Below are positions 58,041 through 64,000 of a stretch of 64,000 nt of DNA, piece after piece. The stretch is from positions 1,312,001 to 1,376,000 of the forward strand of contig CAXXMV010000006.1 in assembly GCA_963662285.2 (NCBI GenBank). The letters run 5' to 3'. Source of the DNA: a bacterium (lineage in GTDB: Bacteria > Hinthialibacterota > Hinthialibacteria > Hinthialibacterales > Hinthialibacteraceae). A program made the position numbers and the translations under genes. Each line of letters begins with the position of its first letter. Positions within the stretch are counted from its first letter, which is position 1. A model generated the notes under the pieces. The model saw nothing but the letters and a program-made list of their open reading frames with translations, searched no databases and had not been told where the DNA came from.

Positions 58041-60709
58041 ATGCGTTTGCCGATGGTTGGGCGCTTTTTATGCTTGATCGCACGCTTGGATCGACGCTGG
58101 TTTTTCTGCTTGCTGCGTTGATCTGGTTTGCCATGCGTAAAAGGATTTCTTCCCGATGGAGTTATCTTTTATTTGTTTTGGTGTTGCTCAAACTGATCAC
58201 GCTATTTCAACCATTCGGATTAATTTCATTGGAAAAAGAGACCGGAAATAATCCGCTTCTATCAAACGCAACCATAACGATTCCCATAAATTCTTATCTC
58301 TCAGAATCAGATTCTGTAACGTCAACCAGTGATATAAGTCCGCCTACAAATATTGGCTATATACCTGATCAATATTCCAGAACTCCGGTCGAGTATGGGG
58401 GCGTTGTCTTATGGCGCCGCTTACGGGAACTGGCTTCTACATTATCTTTGCAAGCATTTCTCATGACTGGTTGGGTTGGCGTCGTGCTATGTCTGTTGCT
58501 TAAACTGATCTATACCGAATGGCGCATCAAGTCATTGATCCGCCGGACGCAACCTTTCAATTTGGATTTATTGCCATTTGATTTCCCGCAATTCTGCCGG
58601 GATGCCGGAGTGAAATATCCGGTGCGGTTATATTTCGCCGATTGGGCGCCTTCGCCATTTGTGGCCGGGATCATACGCCCCATCATAGTCGCACCGTCGC
58701 ATTTTCATGTAAGTTACCGGACAGAGGAGATTAAATGGGTTTTGCTGCATGAATTATCCCACATTCGCCGGTGGGATGCATTGGTTAAATTGATTCAAAA
58801 ACTGGTTCAAATTGCATTTTTCTTCCATCCAATTGTCTGGATCAACAATCGGATACTGGACCGGTTCCGCGAATTCGCCTGTGATGACGCCGCAATGCAT
58901 GGATCAGAATCTTCGCGTTATGAGTGCGGCGCAGGATTCTTAAGGATTGTGTTGTTAGCCAACAATCCATCTTCCGTTCTGTCGGGAGCAGTCACTCTGT
59001 TTCATTCTAAAAAGTTAATTAAGGAGAGACTAATGAGAATCTTAAATTATAAATCAATTATTGATAAACCTTATTCCATCCTGATGGCGTCACTCTTCGC
59101 TCTGCTTATAGTGGGTACGCTGCCATTGGGTATTATCACCAGTCATGCGCAAGATGCGGATGTTGAGGTAGATGCTTTTCCTCAACCCGTTCCCCAACCG
59201 AAAGTCAAAGTCAAATCGGATAAATTAGATTATGATTTCGACTATGACATAAAAATTGAACATAAGATAGATGAGAAGATTCAGAAGGAGATTGACAAGA
59301 CGATTGATAAGGTAGAGCAACAGTTCGATTTCGACTATGAATATGATTTTGATATTCCTCAAATCGCCATGGCCGATTTCGATACGGGCGCTCCTCCTCA
59401 CCGGGGGGTCTGGACGGCTCAGTTCCGCAAAGGCCAATTGAACTTGAACCATGAGTTTCACACCGAAAAGGGACGCTCCAATTTCGGGGATACTTATAAA
59501 GACTACAAACTGGATTTCAAAGGGCTTGCATCAGTTGAGGAAGACGCTTTGGTTGATAGCATCACCTTTACGCGCGACAGCGATGCCGGAACCATTACCT
59601 ATAAGGGCAGTTTTGAAGAGGGATTAGGTGCGGGACGTTTCGCATTCGCACCGAAGAAAGAATTTGTAGATAACTTGAAAAAACGGGGAATCGAAGGAGA
59701 AATTAAAAATTTTCATCTATTCCTGTTTACCAACCACGGATTCAGATTGAGCACTTTGGATAAATTCGCCGATCTGGGATATGACATTAAAACATTCAAA
59801 CAATTGGAGAAAATATGTTTGTTCAATGTTAATCCAGAGTATATTGTAGGATTGAAGGAACTTGGTTTCACAGATGTGTCTTTTGACCGCTTGGTAGAGA
59901 TGAGCATACACAATGTCTCGCTGGACTTTATAAAAGATTTTCAAAAAGCTGGTTACAAAGATTTATCCGCCAAGGATTTTGTCAAACTACGCATCCATAA
60001 CGTATCGATTGCCTTTATTGAATCGATGGCGGAGATGGGGTATAAAAATCTCTCCAGTAAAGAACTGATTGACCTGCGAATTCACAATATCTCTTCAGAG
60101 TATATTAAATCACTATCCGCAATGGGATACGCCGACCTTCCCCTGGAAACCTATATGAAGATGGGACTGCATGGCGTCAAACTGGATTACATCAAAGAGA
60201 TCGCCCGCTTGGGATATAAGGATATCCCCGCCGATCAATTGGTGAATATGCGCATCCATAACGTTAAGCCCGAATTCATTGAAGCCTTGGTCAATGAGGG
60301 ATACAAAGACCTATCGGTTGAAGAATTGGTGGATCTACGCATCCATAATTACAAACCGGGTCTGGCGAAAAAGTTCGTGGAGATGGGTTACGAGCGTCCC
60401 TCAATGGATCTTATGAAACAGTTTAGCATCCACAATGTCAGTTTTGATTACATCAGCGATTTTGAAAAACTGGGTTATAAAGATATTCCTATGCAACAAT
60501 TCATACAGATGAAGATTCATAATGTAGACGCCAGTTTTGTAAAGGAAATCGCTGAACTTGGTTATAAAAATGTCTCTGCCAAAGACTTGATTAACATGCG
60601 AATTTTTAACATCTCACCTGAGTTCATCAAAAAGGAAAATGAGAAAGCAGGAGAAAAACTGAGTATTAAGGAGTTAGTGGACCGGCGAATCCACAATGGT
60701 AGAGGATAA
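58037..60709 (+). CDS. BlaR1/M56-family membrane metallopeptidase with extracytoplasmic 29-aa tandem repeats
   Basis: HELSH zinc motif, FFFHPIVW, RE.ACDD, ERL.RI; about 12 repeats of IHNVS..FI..L...GY.D.....L..MR. Confidence 0.9.
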   Translation: MNAFADGWALFMLDRTLGSTLVFLLAALIWFAMRKRISSRWSYLLFVLVLLKLITLFQPFGLISLEKETGNNPLLSNATITIPINSYLSESDSVTSTSDISPPTNIGYIPDQYSRTPVEYGGVVLWRRLRELASTLSLQAFLMTGWVGVVLCLLLKLIYTEWRIKSLIRRTQPFNLDLLPFDFPQFCRDAGVKYPVRLYFADWAPSPFVAGIIRPIIVAPSHFHVSYRTEEIKWVLLHELSHIRRWDALVKLIQKLVQIAFFFHPIVWINNRILDRFREFACDDAAMHGSESSRYECGAGFLRIVLLANNPSSVLSGAVTLFHSKKLIKERLMRILNYKSIIDKPYSILMASLFALLIVGTLPLGIITSHAQDADVEVDAFPQPVPQPKVKVKSDKLDYDFDYDIKIEHKIDEKIQKEIDKTIDKVEQQFDFDYEYDFDIPQIAMADFDTGAPPHRGVWTAQFRKGQLNLNHEFHTEKGRSNFGDTYKDYKLDFKGLASVEEDALVDSITFTRDSDAGTITYKGSFEEGLGAGRFAFAPKKEFVDNLKKRGIEGEIKNFHLFLFTNHGFRLSTLDKFADLGYDIKTFKQLEKICLFNVNPEYIVGLKELGFTDVSFDRLVEMSIHNVSLDFIKDFQKAGYKDLSAKDFVKLRIHNVSIAFIESMAEMGYKNLSSKELIDLRIHNISSEYIKSLSAMGYADLPLETYMKMGLHGVKLDYIKEIARLGYKDIPADQLVNMRIHNVKPEFIEALVNEGYKDLSVEELVDLRIHNYKPGLAKKFVEMGYERPSMDLMKQFSIHNVSFDYISDFEKLGYKDIPMQQFIQMKIHNVDASFVKEIAELGYKNVSAKDLINMRIFNISPEFIKKENEKAGEKLSIKELVDRRIHNGRG

Positions 60710-60727
60710 GAGAAAAGAGGATAAGAC

Positions 60728-60760
60728 GGAGAGGGCGTATAACTTCGTCCTCTCCTATTT
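60728..60760 (+). terminator. Hairpin terminator after the M56 gene
   Basis: GGAGAGGGCG-N8-CGTCCTCTCC followed by TATTT. Confidence 0.65.
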
Positions 60761-60832
60761 ATTATTGGTTAAGCAGACAATCCTGCTCATTGGTGAACCA
60801 TGAGATGGTAATTCGCAGGTAGGTTTTACTTT

Positions 60833-61213
60833 TCAGCAACACGCTTTTGGCGCTTCGATTTGTAGCAGTGATGTGATCTTCTCGATGGCTTGTTTCTTAT
60901 TGAATGGTTTGATCATATAGTCGTTCACTCCGGCTTGGATTGCCTCTTGAATATGCAATGCATCGGCCAAGCCGGTGACCATCATGATGGGCGTCTCAAT
61001 GTCTTTTTTCCGTATCGACCTTAGTGCGTCTATGCCTAGCATATTTGGCATATTCCAATCAATCATAATAATGCTATAGGATTCTTGTAGGGTTAACTTT
61101 ACCGCACTCAGGCCATCACTGGCCTGATCGACATCGCTGATTCCGATCTCTTTCAACGCTCCCACAAGAAGGCTTCTGGCTAATAACGAATCATCCACAA
61201 CGAGTGCTTTCAT
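60833..61213 (-). CDS. CheY-like single-domain response regulator
   Basis: LVVDDS, DWNMPNM.G, MVTG, KPF. Confidence 0.9.
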   Translation of the reverse strand: MKALVVDDSLLARSLLVGALKEIGISDVDQASDGLSAVKLTLQESYSIIMIDWNMPNMLGIDALRSIRKKDIETPIMMVTGLADALHIQEAIQAGVNDYMIKPFNKKQAIEKITSLLQIEAPKACC

Positions 61214-61233
61214 TATGTTTTACCTCAATTCTG

Positions 61234-61785
61234 TTATATTTCTTTGCTATTGATAGTGACGCGAATCATGAATTCCCCCAGATCGCTGTAGAAAGGAATC
61301 TCGATCCATGAAGTCAATTTCGGATAATTGATTGTGAAACGGTTTCCCCGGATGACGGTTGGGATGCTAAGTTCAATCGGTTTGTTCATATTCTGATTAA
61401 TAATGGCTTGCGCTCCACCGGCGACAATGTTTACTACTTCTGCAATAGCGTCAGTTACCTTTTCGTCGACTACGACTAATTCCTCATGATAAAGAGTACC
61501 AACCAGTTTCATCGCAGTTTTGACGGGAAAAGCAATAGATACAATTCCTTGAATATTACCGCTCAATCCAACCAGCCCGACGATATCACGGCTGGGTTGT
61601 ACAGTTAGGTTCAGCGCTAACTTTTCACGATGCACATGGCAGTCCAGCATGGTATGAAATAAATTGTTAACGCTTTCAATGAATGGATTTATGTACTCTG
61701 CTCGAACAACGGGCGCCATTTTATTCGGGCTGCTGGTCATGTTTTCTAATTTACGTTTTACCAACTGCAGGTTATTTGAACTCAT
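61234..61785 (-). CDS. cheX: CheX-family phosphatase
   Basis: EYINPFIES, VGLSG...G, DAIAEVVNIVAG (E-x-x-N), SIPTVIRG. Confidence 0.88.
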   Translation of the reverse strand: MSSNNLQLVKRKLENMTSSPNKMAPVVRAEYINPFIESVNNLFHTMLDCHVHREKLALNLTVQPSRDIVGLVGLSGNIQGIVSIAFPVKTAMKLVGTLYHEELVVVDEKVTDAIAEVVNIVAGGAQAIINQNMNKPIELSIPTVIRGNRFTINYPKLTSWIEIPFYSDLGEFMIRVTINSKEI

Positions 61786-62119
61786 TTGATCACCAAAGTA
61801 TATGAAGGATTATACTTTTTAAGAATGTGTATCCCTCACAAGATGCATTGCAATTAAGTGTTTACTCAAGAATCATTGAACTAATAATTCTTACTACAAT
61901 GATATCTATTAAAAGATAATAAAACAATGCAAATAAGAAAATAATATTACGAAAAAGATATAAAACATTGCAATTAATATAATGTGAATTATTGCTTTTC
62001 GGTATTTAAAACTGCGGTATTTTGAATTAAATGATTAAATATATTACTGTTGAGCGAAATGTGAATGTTTTTGCCACTGAATATCCAGATACATAAAACT
62101 TGGTTATCTGGCTTCAGGC

Positions 62120-62170
62120 AAAAAAATCCCCTCTTAATTCAAAACCTTTATAAGAGGGGATTTGTTTTTT
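62120..62170 (-). terminator. Intrinsic (possibly bidirectional) terminator after trpG
   Basis: AAATCCCCTCTTA-N14-TAAGAGGGGATTT flanked by A- and T-tracts. Confidence 0.75.
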
Positions 62171-62183
62171 GGTGGAAACTTCG

Positions 62184-62753
62184 TTATTTCAACAATTTCA
62201 AGAAATTGCTCAGCAGGCGTTTGCCTTCCAGAGTAAGGATTGATTCGGGGTGGAATTGCACTCCATAAACAGAGTATTCTTTATGCTTTAGACCCATGAT
62301 CTCTCCCTGGTCTGTTTCGGCGGTGATTTCCAGACACTCAGGCAGACTGTCACGGTCAACCAGCAGGGAATGATAGCGTGTGGCGATGAAGGGATTCTCC
62401 ATACCGGCGAAGATATCTTTACCATTATGTTTCATCATTGAGGTCTTGCCGTGCAGTATGCGGTCGGCGCGGCGCACTACGCCTCCGAAATGCTGTCCGA
62501 TGCACTGATGGCCCAGGCATACTCCTAATATGGGAATCTGATCTTTGAAGCGGTTGATCACTTCGAGGGAGATTCCACCGTTTTCCGGTGTTCCCGGTCC
62601 GGGAGATATCAGGATGCCGCTAGGCTTCTTGGCAGCGATTTGGTCCAGTGATATCCGGTCGTTACGATAGATTTCCATCGTGGCGCCCAGCTCACCAAGG
62701 TATTGAACCAGGTTGTATGTGAACGAATCATAGTTATCAATGATGATCAGCAT
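62184..62753 (-). CDS. trpG: Anthranilate/aminodeoxychorismate synthase component II (glutamine amidotransferase)
   Basis: [34 protein letters not shown]; start moved to ATG 62753. Confidence 0.93.
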   Translation of the reverse strand: MLIIIDNYDSFTYNLVQYLGELGATMEIYRNDRISLDQIAAKKPSGILISPGPGTPENGGISLEVINRFKDQIPILGVCLGHQCIGQHFGGVVRRADRILHGKTSMMKHNGKDIFAGMENPFIATRYHSLLVDRDSLPECLEITAETDQGEIMGLKHKEYSVYGVQFHPESILTLEGKRLLSNFLKLLK

Positions 62754-62755
62754 GT

Positions 62756-64000
62756 TTATTCCTTCGTACATTCAGCCATTTCAACCGCACGCAGCATGGC
62801 CTGGCTTTTGTTTCTGACTTCCTCATATTCAAAATCACGGTTCGAGTCGGCGACGATTCCAGCCGATGCCTGCCAATATGCTATGTTATCAACTACCGCA
62901 ATGGTCCGCAGGGTAATGCAGAAATCCATATCGCCATTCAAGCCAAACCAACCCAACGCTCCAGCGTAGGGGCCGCGCTTGGTCTGCTCCAATTCTTCGA
63001 TGATTTCCATAGATCGAATTTTGGGCGCTCCGGTAACCGTCCCCGCCGGGAAGACCGCTTTCATTAAACTGAAGGCGTCGTGATCGTCAGTCAGGTCGCC
63101 TTCCACATTGGATACCAGGTGCATGACGTGAGAGTAGCGCTCTACATACATCAAGTCGGTCACTTTGACCGAATGGAACTCGCAGACCCGTCCGATGTCA
63201 TTGCGCCCCAAGTCGACCAGCATGATATGCTCGGCCTGCTCTTTGGGATCTCCGCATAATTCCTTTTCGAAAAAATTGTCTTCTTCATTGGTCTGGCCGC
63301 GTCGTCGCGTTCCGGCTATGGGGCGGTAGATCACATGGTTGTTGGTCATCTTAACCAATATTTCCGGCGAGCCGCCAACCAGACAAAGGTTGTCGTGACG
63401 GAAGAAGAAAGTGTAAGGCGAAGGATTTATTCTACGCAAAGCGCGATACAGGTTCAGTGGATTACTTTCCAAAGCAACTTCATTACGCATGCCGACTTGA
63501 ATCTGGAAGATGTCGCCCGCTTTGATGTGTTCCAGCGCTTGGTCAACCGAGTTTTGAAAGTCTTCTTTGCTCCAGTTGGTTTTTGCTTTCGGCGCCTCTT
63601 TTCTTCCGGCGCCGAAAGAGATGCGGCGCAGCGGTTTTGTCAGTTTATCAATAATTTCATCGATACGTTTCAAGGCCTGTTGATATGCGTCAACAGGTGA
63701 ACCATCGATAAGGGCATTGGTGATTACGCTTATAGTCCGTTTGAAATGGTCAAAGGCGACAACCGTATCAGCAAAGTAAAAAACCGCATCAGGAATATTA
63801 AGATCATCGCGGTTTTCGAACTTCAATCGTTCGAAATACTGAGTCATTTCATATCCCATAAAACCAACCAGACCGCCAGAAAATGGTGGAATATCTTCTA
63901 CTTTGACCGGATCGAAACGTTTGACGAACTCTTGCAAAACTATCAGTGGATCATGGTCTTCACTTATAGGATGCTTGATCTGTTCGTATCCGCGGGTTTC
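62756..64000 (-). CDS. trpE: Anthranilate synthase component I, 5'-truncated by the window
   Basis: [47 protein letters not shown]; frame stays open to base 64000. Confidence 0.92.
   Translation of the reverse strand, partial: ETRGYEQIKHPISEDHDPLIVLQEFVKRFDPVKVEDIPPFSGGLVGFMGYEMTQYFERLKFENRDDLNIPDAVFYFADTVVAFDHFKRTISVITNALIDGSPVDAYQQALKRIDEIIDKLTKPLRRISFGAGRKEAPKAKTNWSKEDFQNSVDQALEHIKAGDIFQIQVGMRNEVALESNPLNLYRALRRINPSPYTFFFRHDNLCLVGGSPEILVKMTNNHVIYRPIAGTRRRGQTNEEDNFFEKELCGDPKEQAEHIMLVDLGRNDIGRVCEFHSVKVTDLMYVERYSHVMHLVSNVEGDLTDDHDAFSLMKAVFPAGTVTGAPKIRSMEIIEELEQTKRGPYAGALGWFGLNGDMDFCITLRTIAVVDNIAYWQASAGIVADSNRDFEYEEVRNKSQAMLRAVEMAECTKE

Noticed and set aside
59660-60700. 87-bp periodicity considered as a possible CRISPR or DNA tandem array
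   Set aside because: Conservation is at the amino-acid level with synonymous variation and there are no unique spacers; it is a protein repeat.
61871-61882. AATCATTGAACT matching the core of the 45-bp direct repeat
   Set aside because: Only 12 bp in AT-rich sequence with non-matching flanks; worth revisiting only if the 45-mer proves to be a regulator site.

Overview
Bacterial chromosomal window with no rRNA, tRNA, CRISPR array or intact transposase that I could see. The first ~18 kb is a sulfur-energy locus: the 3' end of a CoA-disulfide/persulfide reductase-rhodanese fusion, a complete dissimilatory sulfite reductase operon (dsrL-A-B-D-N-C-T-M-K-J-O-P, with an NADP(H)-type DsrL-2 plus DsrD), then a kinase-like protein, a two-component pair and a SulP permease. 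The remainder holds three related multiheme cytochromes (11, 15 and 19 CXXCH; two are CbcL-like cytochrome b fusions), two odd enzyme fusions, housekeeping genes (thrB, ggt, ftsY, trpG, partial trpE), a toxin-antitoxin pair, exported carbohydrate/redox enzymes and a BlaI/BlaR1-like pair with a 29-aa repeat sensor. Two N-methyl-Phe pilin-like genes and two unrelated secreted proteins sharing a C-terminal T-x-[VI]-x-[DE]-W-x-x-[FY] tail suggest a candidate sorting system and, by inference, a Hinthialibacterota (OLB16)/Sumerlaeota-like host. Non-coding signals include a 342-bp MITE with a 9-bp target duplication nested in a REP-like pair, 45-bp direct repeats bracketing a WD40 gene, a structured dsrC-dsrT spacer and a 28-bp operator over the blaI promoter. 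Product calls rest on motif recognition, not database searches.
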